This document shows positions 10,210 through 21,149 of a DNA stretch of 53,494 nucleotides, piece after piece. Source of the stretch: Chiloscyllium plagiosum (Eukaryota). The notes beneath the pieces are model-generated. The model was not told the DNA's origin and searched no databases. It saw only the letters and a program-made list of their open reading frames with translations. The stretch is from positions 77,090,685-77,144,178 of the forward strand of contig NC_057711.1 in the NCBI RefSeq assembly GCF_004010195.1. Reading direction: 5' to 3'. Both the position numbers and the translations under genes were made by a program. Each line of letters begins with the position of its first letter. Position 1 is the stretch's first letter.

Positions 10210-12215
10210 ATAGAATGTTTTCTGTGAAATTTGAGAGTATAGAAGTCAAGAGTGTATATCTATACTTGCAAGGTATAAGAACGTACAGGATGCCACTTAG
10301 ATGTACAAAATTTGTAAGTGAAATGAAATTCAAATCAGCTTGTGCAGATATGGACAATGGAAGGTGAATATAGCCTGGAAAATCCAAAAGGAATGATTAG
10401 CCTTTCTATGGATAGAGATTACTTGGATAGATCATCCTCCCAGTAAGTGATAAGGTTTCTCCATGCAAAATGACAAGAATATATGAATTCTAGAAAAATG
10501 GCTAACTGCGAGCATATAGACTTTAATCTATTCGGTCCCCTGCCTACATAATGTCATTAACTTGTCATCTAAAGAAGAAATGGAATGCTAAATTAATCTT
10601 ACTAATTTATATAAATCTCTAACATTGAACTCAATGGCAAATTTAAAATCAACAAGCAGCTAATGCCAAATTACTCTGACAAATCTCTATTCAAAACCAT
10701 TATTTATTAGATCAATTAATCTTATTTGCTAAGATTTTAGAACTAACAAACTGTAATTTACAATGACCTTATCAGACTTTTTTTACACTCAAAAAAAACC
10801 TCAATTCATTCACCTACTCTGATAAATAGTGTAAGTGCAAATATAATCCAAGCTAGCCAATGGATCAAATTTAATCTTAATTACAGGTATTGACTGGGTA
10901 AACCCAAACTATTCCTCAACAGGAATAAGGTGAAGGGATTCAAATGTATTGTCCACAGATAAGTAATCTTGTCAGGGTATCAATTTTATTTTGTCAATAT
11001 CAACCTAATGTGCTCACACTTCATGCTTTATCTGGCTTTAGCATCACTCAAAACTGCAGAGTGGAATTTAGTTGTAAGCTAACAATGGCCTTGTGTAAGC
11101 TGCATAAACATTTTGTTCTTATACTGTTATTTATAAAATATTTAATTTTTTTCTCTGATGGCTTTATCAGACACCTTTTCAGGAAGAAAAACAATTGAAT
11201 CTTTTTTTTCCCTCCATTGAACAGCAAGATGACAGGCTCCACCGTGCTGTTCATGTTTTCAAGTATGTAAGTCATTATTGGTACCAGTACAATAATCAAG
11301 GACCTACTTGTAGCAGTACAGATAAAAATCAGTTAAAATCATTTGTAAGTAACCCGCTCAGAAATTTTATAACATCACTCTCGCACACTCAACTCAGAAG
11401 TTCTAACTTTACCATTGTGCCATAAGACCATGATAAGATGTTCACACAATAGAGCCCTTGTGGTGACCATATATGTGTGTGTCTGTAGAAAGGGGTAGCT
11501 ACAAGAACAAATAGAATTACAATATTCAGGCATATACCTGCTCAGAATAAGTCACCTGCTCAACATTAGATACACTTAAGCCTGGCTTAATTTCAAAGCT
11601 CCAGTTGTTCTAGATGACAACTTTAGGCGAAAAGTCTTTACAAAGCTGATGGGCATTTAACTTTTTGTTTAAAAAGCAAAACCAGAAAATTACTGCAAAA
11701 TGAATTAAATGCCTATTGGGAATTTGCAGCAAAAAATAATCTCCATAAGTAATAATCCTATATTCTCAAAATAAATCAACAAGTCTAAAAACATTACCTT
11801 TGCAGCACCTTCACTCTACAGGTAATTTTGAAAGGGAAAAGTATAATGAAAAATGAAAATACTTCCACTTATCAACAAAAGAAAAGTAAAATTGTTCAAT
11901 ACAGCTCTGCACCTTATCAGTAAAAATGATACTGTTTTGCCAGTAGCATTCCATCAATCCTGAAAGCTGGTTTTTGTGATCCATAAAGTTTTATCTCTGT
12001 AGGCTGTAAGTTCTATTTCTTCAATATAGTAAATTATTTAATAAGACAGTGACACTTGTTCTTGGATTAAAAATGGCATCCAACACGTGACAGTCTCAAA
12101 AAACCCTCATGGTTCAATTTCTGATCCATTTACAGGATTATTCTTCACTTCAATACTGTCCCAGCAACCATCATTGTAATACCGTAGCGAGGTCACAGCA
12201 CACTCAGCGACATAA

Positions 12216-12433
12216 GTCAAGGTTAGAGTGGTGCTGGAAATACACAGCAGGTCAGGTAGCATCCGAGCAGCAGGGAAAATTGATATTTTAGGCAAAAGCC
12301 TTCATCAGGAAGGGCTTTTACACAAAACGTTGATTTTTCCTGCTCCTTGGATGCTGTCTGACCTTCTGTGCGTTTCCAGCACCACTCTAACCTTGGCTCT
12401 GACCTCCAGCATCTGCAGTACCCACTTCGGCCT
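12216..12433. mobile_element. Hairpin Penelope pLTR mini-element, intermediate age
   Basis: Inverted arms CAAGGTTAGAGTGGTGCTGGAAA.../...TTTCCAGCACCACTCTAACCTTG around AGCCCTTCATCAGGAAGGGCT; degenerate TSD ACTCAGCGACATAA (12202-12215) / ACTCAGGGATACAA (12434-12447). Confidence 0.85.
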
Positions 12434-12709
12434 ACTCAGGGATACAACCCAGCTCAGGGACTGAACCAGGCAGCCTCTCAGGGCTCTTTGCTTGTGGTCA
12501 TACTGTACACTCACACTAAGCCAACTGGGATATATACTTTATCACTGTCTTGTCTTTATTTGTCTTTTGCCCCCTCAGCCAGCTATACCAGGCTCACAGT
12601 GCTGCTGTAATGCTGACATTTAGAAAAAACATACATTCAGGACATATACTATAGTTGTTAGCAGGCCTCCATCAAGTCAAGGGAAGTAGCCTGGCACAGT
12701 AAGTCAAGG

Positions 12710-12836
12710 AGGTAAAAACAATGACTGCAGATGCTGGAAACCAGATTCTGGATCAGTGGTGCTGGAAGAGCACAGCAATTCAGGCAGCATCCGAGGACAG
12801 GCAAAATCGACGTTTCGGGCAAAAGCCCTTCATCAA
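12710..12836 (-). mobile_element. Single Penelope pLTR mini-insertion
   Basis: Minus strand reads TGATGAAGGGCTTTTGCCCGAAACGTCGA...CCAGCATCTGCAGTCATTGTTTTTACC; starts at the hammerhead box. Confidence 0.85.
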
Positions 12837-12995
12837 GGGCAGACTGCAATGTCAGTCCAGAGGCTTGAACACAGTCAGCTGCTTGAGATAGTCAGAGTGA
12901 GGTTGCTCTCCACATGCGTAGCTGAATGTCAAGTAGCCCATCACCTGCTTTGGCTCTATCCACTCTACAGGAATGAGAAAGAGGTAGGTACTAAA

Positions 12996-13575
12996 GTGAC
13001 CCCACTATACAATACACACACTCTCAAACACACATATTCATACATACTCACACACCCTCCCTTATACACAAGCTCTCTCTCATATGCACACACATACATC
13101 CCCCACACTCACTCTCTGACACTTAACCAAGCTCACTCACACACACACACACACACACAATAAGCTTATGGGGTGAATTTGTTTTTGCAGAATTACATTT
13201 ATTTTGCTCAAAAACTAAATGAATCCATGTAAAACTACACAGAGGTTTGTCAGTCTGACATAGCATTGGGACACAGACAGATTTCACACCTAAAAACTGA
13301 GCTATCTTGACAATGTGATTTAAAAGAAGTTCCTGGGATTTACATATCAAAGAACAGAAACAAGCAAATCCCATTATAAAAGATGAAAGTTTTAATCTAA
13401 GATTGTTTACTGTATCACATCTCCATGACACTGGACTCCTTTGGCTATAAATTCTGAGAGCATAATCTTAACCTCCACAACCACCTGAACAAGGAGCAGT
13501 GCTCCGAAAACTAGTGCTTCCAAATAAACCTGTTGGACTATAACCTGGTGTTGTGAGATATTTAACTTTGTACTA
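12996..13575 (+). mobile_element. Penelope-like element 3' UTR/pLTR (second family)
   Basis: Collinear with 21920-22625 (CA-rich tract, TATGGGGTGAATTTG..., CCTGAACAAGGAGCAGTGCTCCGAAAACTAG degenerate hammerhead, AATAAACCTGTTGGAC). Confidence 0.85.
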
Positions 13576-13809
13576 CACTCTATACTTCCTTTACTCAAAT
13601 TCTTCCAATATAAACAAAATGTCACTGGTTCTTGGAATTCACTCCATCAACCTTTTAAAAGAGATTACTCTGACTACAAAAATACTTACAAATTAATCAT
13701 TAAACTCTTTCAGACACAAACTCCACATTCTACGTGTCCAACATTCAAAACTGAACTCAAAAATAAATTAAAACATAAATAAGTCATACACTACATCATA
13801 ATATTTCAC

Positions 13810-14020
13810 GTTACATTGGTTTCACTTCATTCATGTATGCATCATTTTTATTTGTTGAGACTAGCTTAGTCACAGAGCTAAATGACCTGGTATACCTCAT
13901 GGTAGGAACAAATTAGTGGTTGCTGGGGACTTGGGAACATTTCTTTTGTTGTGAAAGAAACAATGTTGTACTTTTTTCTTACTCACGCTATTAAATCTAA
14001 GTGTCCAGTGTTGTACTTTT
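13810..14020. repeat. Unassigned ~200-bp dispersed repeat, copy A
   Basis: Aligns with 33670-33870 and 35705-35905 (TTGAGAC.A.CTTAG.CA.AGAG; AACAATGTTGT; CTCA). Confidence 0.75.
13943..13997. repeat. Left arm of a perfect 55-bp inverted repeat
   Basis: CTTTTGTTGTGAAAGAAACAATGTTGTACTTTTTTCTTACTCACGCTATTAAATC is the exact reverse complement of 15591-15645. Confidence 0.97.
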
Positions 14021-14589
14021 TATCCTGTGGGACATAGCTGAAAACAAAGTCCCAGTTGGACCTCACTTTGTGCATTGTAAAGGACATTGTCAGTGTGGAG
14101 AATTGAAATGTTGTACGTGAACTCCAAATCCAGAACTCTCCAGCCAACATCCTTCGACGGACCCACATTTGTACTGATACTTTAGAGACTTTTCTTGACT
14201 GATTGTCCACACCACACACACAACAACTGTTCATCTGTTTTTCTATGACTCCGACCATTCCTCCACTCATCTTCTGTAGGATCCCTCTTACATTCCTAGA
14301 AACAACTAATGACCCTCTAAAACTGGCCTCACCACCGTCAGTTCTTAGCTTCCACATCTTCCTGCACTCTCCCTTGTGCCATAGAATTAAACAGGGTCAA
14401 CCATGGAGTTTACAAATTGCATAACGTCAACAGGTGCTCACTGCCGTTAAGCCAACATATACTGGGTGCAATGAGATTTACATGTGTCATTGACTTTATC
14501 TTGGGGATAGAGCCTAATTTCAAAATATTTTGTGCTCAGGAACACTTATGAAAGGCATCTATGCCAAAAGCAGGAACCCACCAGAGTCT

Positions 14590-15045
14590 GGTGCAGAGGG
14601 GATTCACCAGGATGTATCCTGGGATGGGGCTATGAAGACAGGCTGGATCAGCTCAGTTTGCTTCCTTTGCAGCAGAGAAGGTTGAGGGGGGACCTGATTG
14701 AGGTGAATAAGATTAGGAGAGAATGGATATAAAGCAGTTGTTCCACTTAGTTGAAGAATCAACAAGGGTGGGGTGGGGAGCAGGCATAATTTTAGCATGA
14801 AATACAAGAGGTTTAAAGGGGATTTCAGGGAAACAGAGAGGGTTGTGGAGATCTGGAATGCACTGCCTGGGAGGGCAGCAAGTGTGGGAACCTCACAACC
14901 TTGAACAAATTACTTGGATGAGCATTTGAAATGTCATAAATTTCAAGAAAATGGACCAAGTTTTGCAAAGTGGAATTAGTGTAGTTTTGGCAGCACAGAC
15001 TCAATGGACTGAAAAGCCTCTTTGCTCTGCATACTTCTATGATTT
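14590..15045 (+). mobile_element. CR1 LINE 3' fragment, old
   Basis: GYEDRLDQLSLLPLQQRRLRGDLIEVNKI followed by a CR1 3' UTR ending TACTTCTATGATT. Confidence 0.85.
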
Positions 15046-15590
15046 TATCTCCACCTGCCATCCCACCAGTTACCGAAGATAAATTCCCTACATTAGTTTC
15101 CTCTTGGAACCCCTAATCCAGGCAACCATGGTGCGACATTGCTTTTGACACTTCTCTCTTCAGCATTAACCCCTCACCCTCACTCCTTGAACTGCCTCAG
15201 TACAGAGCCATCTCTGTGGTGCAGAATGTTTCTCTCTATTTCCCACTTGTCGCACTCATTGCCCTCTGCCCAACCAGCCTTGTGTACTGGTGTGCACCAT
15301 CCAGCCTTTCCAACCTAGGTTCTTTCCCAGACCAAGAACCAACACACAGCTCCAGGTCTAGACCATCCCATTGCCTGTCAACCCTGTCTAAAGGAGAAGC
15401 GATCAATAATAAATTTCAAAATTCATTGAAAATGCATCTGTGCCATTTGCCTCCCTTCAAAAAGAGTAACTGTGTTTGTAATATGGTGAACGTAAACCTC
15501 TTTAAAGTCTCAATGTGTCCAGTCTGTAACACCAGCTTATAATGTTGTTGTCTGAAATTTCCTAAAGGGAAAAATAAACGCCAAGGACTG

Positions 15591-15645
15591 GATTTAATAG
15601 CGTGAGTAAGAAAAAAGTACAACATTGTTTCTTTCACAACAAAAG
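15591..15645. repeat. Right arm of the perfect 55-bp inverted repeat
   Basis: GATTTAATAGCGTGAGTAAGAAAAAAGTACAACATTGTTTCTTTCACAACAAAAG. Confidence 0.97.
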
Positions 15646-17699
15646 TGCAAGGGGCTGATGGAGGGGGTACTGAGGGCAAGTAGGATAAAGGGCTATAGGG
15701 TCCAACAGGCACAAACATAGTTAGTACTGTCTCAGTTAATGGAGACAGGTTATGCCCACCTCCCCCAATGAATGTACTTTCTCAGTGGAAAATACCACAT
15801 GTGTCAGCACTATATAGTAGCAACTCAGCTGAATGGCTGCACTTTTTCAAAATGCCAAACTATTTCCCATAGAACAAGGTCCATGTGGTATCTTTCAATC
15901 CTTGTTCTGCATTCACATTGCACAGTGTGTACCCTGCCTCACACTGCAACAGAATATTGCTAGCTATGATAGTTAAATTGAGTTTCTGTTAGACAATTTC
16001 TTTTAAAAATGAACAATTGATACCTTTTTATTTTGTCTATTTTAGTTTTGTTTGAATATGTTTATTTGCGTATAAGTGCTAATGACACAGGGAAGTAGCA
16101 CAATCATAAAATAACTACAGATCATTAGAAAGCTTAACTAATACACCGTCTTCAATGCAGAGATGATTTCATGTTAATTTTAGCCTCCAGAACACAACAA
16201 ATTTATTCATAACTTTCAATTGTTTTGATTTTTAATGCAAATCATCATGGCATGCTCTCTTTCACAATTACCTTGATAGTTTAGTTATGTATATTTTTTG
16301 ACTGTTATACATTACATGCAGGTTCCACACATTTTACAGGCCATTGGCCACTTCTACAGAAAAAATAGGGTACCATGTGCACCACAAATGCAGCAACACC
16401 ATTTTTGCTGCGACTGTTCCAATCTCAGATGCTAGACAAATGAATACTTTAAAATAGCAGATTACTAAGACTACTAAAAATGGAAAACTACAAGGATTAC
16501 AGGTCTATCAGTCAACTGACAGGAAATGAGAAAAGCAGTCTGTTCTTCAAAACTATATGGGACCCGGTTTTGTACACCCACTAAGAGTTAAAATGATGCT
16601 CTACATGTAAAATAATTGCTATTTTGTTTAATGTGTAAAATCATAATTGTTAACAGAAATAACTGTCAGCAATACTACAACAGCCTGGGATAAACAGGTA
16701 CAATATTTCACAGCAAGTTCACATCTTATTAATTAATTTTTCTATGCATACCAAACAAGATAAATGCACAAAGCATGATCAGGTCTTTAATTGGTATAGC
16801 TGCATCAAATAGGCCAGCAGTAAAATACCGAACACTACATCCCAGAGGAATCTTGATTATTACGGGCCCTTGATTTCTCCCTAAGGAATAGATTTCAATA
16901 GTCTCCTTAGGAAAGAGGACAGCAAGCTAATTGGGGATTGGTAGGGAGGATATTAATATTCCAGACTACTCAATAGTATTTTGCTGATGGGTCAACCATG
17001 AAAAGATTATGTATAATGCCAGATTCAAAATACATGTTCATTTTGGCAGAATCAAATTCTGCTGGACTTTCAACCTCACAACCATGAAAGGGATAACAAG
17101 GTAGAAATTAGGAAAGCAAACACAGGAGAAAGGTAAGAGAGAAACAGATACCAACACCATCCCTGGTAATGACTTGTCCCATTGGTAGGGCAGGCACAGC
17201 AGATGTGGTGGCACTGTAAGATATAGTTAGCAATGCCCGTGAATTTTCACTATATCAACTTAAACTTGGGCAAGGAAATGCCAGTTGAATAATCACCCAT
17301 TAACTCCCTTCAGCTAATGAATCAGTACTCCTCACATTTAATAAATTTAAATAGTAAATGTACATAATACATTCTGTGGGAGACTTTCATGTTTCTCAGT
17401 AATTTGATAGTCCCGATGGCATTTTATCTGCAAAGTTTGCTGGCAGCGAGTCTCATTTTTGCACCATGCCCGAGGCCAAGCCAGTCCAGTACAATTACAA
17501 CACCAGCATCTACATTATGTTACATTTCTCAGATATAATCTGTTTATAAAGAGCTAGATAAATACAATTACCACCTTAACAGCCTATCCACACTCATCAG
17601 TAAAAGGATGGAAGAAATTATCAATAATGTTATCAGGCTGTATTTAATTTCCAATAGCCTGCTTGTCCATCCTCAATTTGGGTGCATCCAGTACCATTG

Positions 17700-18785
17700 G
17701 CTCTACATTCTCATTACAGCCTTAATCCAAACATAGACAAAAGAGTTGTACTGAAGAGTTGAGGTGAGAACAACTTGTCCCAACAGCAAAGTAGCATTTG
17801 ACCATGGTGATTCATAAACCCTAGGAAATTTGAAGTGAATAGAAATCGGGGGAAAGCTCTTCATGGATTGGAGTCAAATGTAGCATAAAGAAAGATGGCT
17901 CTCTTTGTGGGACAGCAATCATCTCAGCTCTGGGACATCGTTACAAGAATACTGCATTGGGTTCAAGCATCTTTCACTGCTTCAATGAACTTCCCTCCAA
18001 CATGAAGACAGAAGTGGGATACATACTTACGATTGTACAGCACTTAGTACCATTCAAAATCCTCTGATACCCCAGTAGTCCATGCCCACATGCAATAAGA
18101 CCCAAAGCACCTTCAGGCTTGGGTAAATTAGTGACAAATACCACTTGCACTGTGCAATAACTATGTAAAACAAAAAGAAGTTTAATCATAATTCCTCATA
18201 CCTTGCCACACCTATCCAAATACTGGGAGTCTCAACTGATGAGAAACTGAAATGAATCAGCCACAAACACACAGTGGCTAAGGGAGTTGGTCAAATTCTC
18301 ATAAAATCTACAATGAATTACTAACCTCCTGACTCCCAAAAGACATTTGACAAGGCCCAAATCTGGATCAAAACGGAATACACCACAATTGCTGGATGAG
18401 GACAGGTCCAACAATACTCAGGAGGCTTAATATTATCCACGGTAAAGCAGCCTACTTGATTGACACACTATCCACCAACATGCAGCAATTGCTGTGTGCC
18501 CAATCTAAAAGTTGCGCTGCAGCAAACCATCAAGGTTCTTTCAACTGTTCCTTCTAAACCCACAACCTCAACCAACAAGATCAGAAGCTAGTGTTTACAA
18601 TTCAAGTCATTCCACAAGCTTACCTGGAAATAAAGTGCCTATTATATCTCTGGGTCAATATGTTGGAACTTCCTCCTTTATAGCACTGTGTGCATCTATA
18701 CCTCTTGTACCTCAAAGGTTCCCAACCACATAAGGATGGATAGAGATTCTGTCCTTGCCAGAAATGCCAACATCCTGTAAATTTA
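17700..18785 (+). mobile_element. Decayed L2/CR1-superfamily LINE RT and 3' end
   Basis: Remnants of the KxAFD, LxWLESxL and FNxLPS...YTYDCT (YADD region) motifs; same family as 23720-24815 and 50740-52470. Confidence 0.75.
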
Positions 18786-19038
18786 TTTTTCAAAGCTTTG
18801 AAGTAAATAGAATAACAGGGTTTAAAATTTTTTGACATATTTCAAAAGCAAGGGGTCCATGAATAGACTTAGAGATTGCATAAAGTACGATTAAGTTTTA
18901 AACAAGACAAAATGGTTAACTAGCCTTTTCACTCACTCAGCAAAACAAAACTTTGGTTATTGTAATGTTTTCATCCATTATTGAGCCCAAGATTATCTAA
19001 ACCGTATGTGTAAAGTAACTATTTTAACTGTTGTAATA

Positions 19039-19256
19039 CAGTCTGTTCTGATTTACCGGATAGTTCTCTTCCCACGCGATTCCATGTTATAAGAAAATTG
19101 CATAATTGCAGCACCATTTAAACCAATGGGACCGGTATCATGTTATAGCCAATACAGATATGGAAAATTCACATTTCACAAATAATAGTTTAAATTCTTC
19201 AATAGCATTTTGGCTAATTCACGTTGAAGAAATGCACGTTATAACAGAACCGCCTG
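19039..19256. mobile_element. Tc1/mariner (Tigger/pogo-like) MITE
   Basis: TA|CAGTCTGTTCTGATTTAC ... GTTATAACAGAACCGCCTG|TA: TIRs plus TA duplication. Confidence 0.85.
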
Positions 19257-19736
19257 TAGTATTTATACAAAGCCTAAGCATTTTGAAAACAAGTAAGAAA
19301 ACATTTTTTTCAATCAAATAATAGCTGTTTCCAAAGCAAAATGCCATGCAATATGTTTTGAAGTTCAGGCTTATATTTTCAATTGTTTGACTGTAAATGA
19401 AGAGGCTGTTACTTGGGCTAGCAATGAACATTCCTGTCCTTACAATTAACCATTTACACACAATGGGAAGAAAATTAAATCAAGCCATGGAACAAAATCA
19501 TAACAGAAGATACATGTATGCCAGAATGAAGAGCAAAATGTAAAACTGAACTCGATGAATAATTCACACATTAGATTTTAATATTGAATTCTAATGCTAA
19601 TGTTGTATTTCTTACCCAAGAACATTCAGCTAACCTATTAGTTTACAACAGCACATAGCCTAGCAAAATAGTGATGCCCAGAGGGTTACAGTCCAAGTCT
19701 CAAATTAGTTTTCCTTTGGCTGTTGTTTAGTAAACA

Positions 19737-19942
19737 TAGGGTAACTGTCGTATCCATGGGTCCATTTACCCATGGTTTACCGCAGCCGAACATATTGCAT
19801 AGAACATTCCAGAACCAGGGACCAGGGGGCTGCCAGGGAGGTAAATTCCCCATTTAAATGATTGGGTTCACTACTATCCGCGATTTCGGACTTCCACGGT
19901 AGGTCTTGGAAAATATCCCCCACAGATACATTAGTCTACCTG
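19737..19942. mobile_element. MER44/Tigger7-like pogo MITE
   Basis: Right end GGGTTCACTACTATCCGCGATTTCGGACTTCCACGGTAGGTCTTGGAAAATATCCCCCACAGATA...CTACCTG|TA and left end TATCCATGG...TTACCCATGG...CCGAACATATT...ATTCCAGAA resemble the recalled MER44-type consensus. Confidence 0.75.
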
Positions 19943-20118
19943 TAATTTTTTGTCACAAATTCAGAAGTATCTAATTAAAGGGAAAACCACTGTAGCACCA
20001 TCAGCAGAATGATAAATTGAATGAAGTGCATAAATTTCATGAAATAACAAAAAAAAGAACTTAGAATTAAGTACATCTGAAATATAACTGAGCTTTTACA
20101 AAGAAACAAATTCAGTTC

Positions 20119-20137
20119 AATCCACTAGGTGGAGCTA
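20119..20137 (+). promoter_or_regulatory. Candidate CTCF site
   Basis: CCACTAGGTGGAGCTA versus core consensus CCASYAGRKGGCRSTA (one core mismatch), in non-repeat sequence. Confidence 0.35.
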
Positions 20138-21149
20138 AAACATAGATAATTACTTTTCTAATGCACAATTCATTATTTTGACTTGATTTAATTTAAAGTT
20201 TATTTGAAATAATACCCTGAGTTGTAGGTTGTAAACGATTCAATTTCCAAGGAAGTCCACCAGGCACAGTCAGGGGGCCAGTACATCAACTCAGATTGGT
20301 TACAGGCCTGCCTATGTTGACAGTGTCCATCAAGGTTCACTTAAGGTGGAACATCTATTCATGAGAACAAGGTTCATGATAGTGGAAGATGCTAAAATTA
20401 TTGGGGGAATGCAGCCAGAAAATTCATACACCAGGTATTTCCACAAAACCTCTTACCAGTAAGTGGTGTAGATGAAACCTATATGGACTGCCTGAAAAAT
20501 TGCATGCATGTGGTAGATTGGTCCGTTGCTGAAGAGGGTCTGCAAAAAAAAGTGTTGGTGCCTACTTTGTCACTCTGCAATGTAATAATGCCACATTCCA
20601 AACCCCAACCAACTTGAAGGTTTCAGTAGTATCACTCAATCAACCTCACCAATATGAGGTGACTCCTAAACCTGAATATTTCAATGGAACCAATAGTAAA
20701 ACTCACCATTGATAAAAGGGATCTGCGCACCTTTTTGAGTTCAACACCTCGTGCTTTGTTGCACTGCCACCAAAATAACCTTCATAAGCATCACAGAGTT
20801 TTATAAACAGATAAAGAAACCAATCTGAAAATCAGCACAAGTGTTAGGGAATTATTAACAAAATAAGTCACAAATACACCCATGGACACACCCTGGGCAT
20901 TTTCCATGATATTGAGAACTTTCATTACGTGTTTTTATGCAATGTGCATCAGTCTTTACTAAGGAGATGAGAAATTGTTTGTGGTTTGCAAATTGCTGAG
21001 GAAAGAATATTTTCATTTCTCATTAACCATCTGTGCTCAGTGAGTAAATTATTGTAATGTATTGGAATATGGTGATATGATACATTTTATTACCCTTTAT
21101 TTTGACATTTTCAACTAAGTTAACCTCATTTTGATGCACAGACTTAGTT

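Noticed and set aside
14560..14590. ATGCCAAAAG / KQEPTR resembling HMGN3
   Set aside because: The match is six residues, lacks the RRSARLS core and runs straight into a CR1 fragment; likely chance.
16315..16355. Further short AG...GT candidates (also ~19615, 40587, 42638 on the minus strand)
   Set aside because: Weak splice sites, non-triplet lengths or in-frame stops; expected by chance at this window size.
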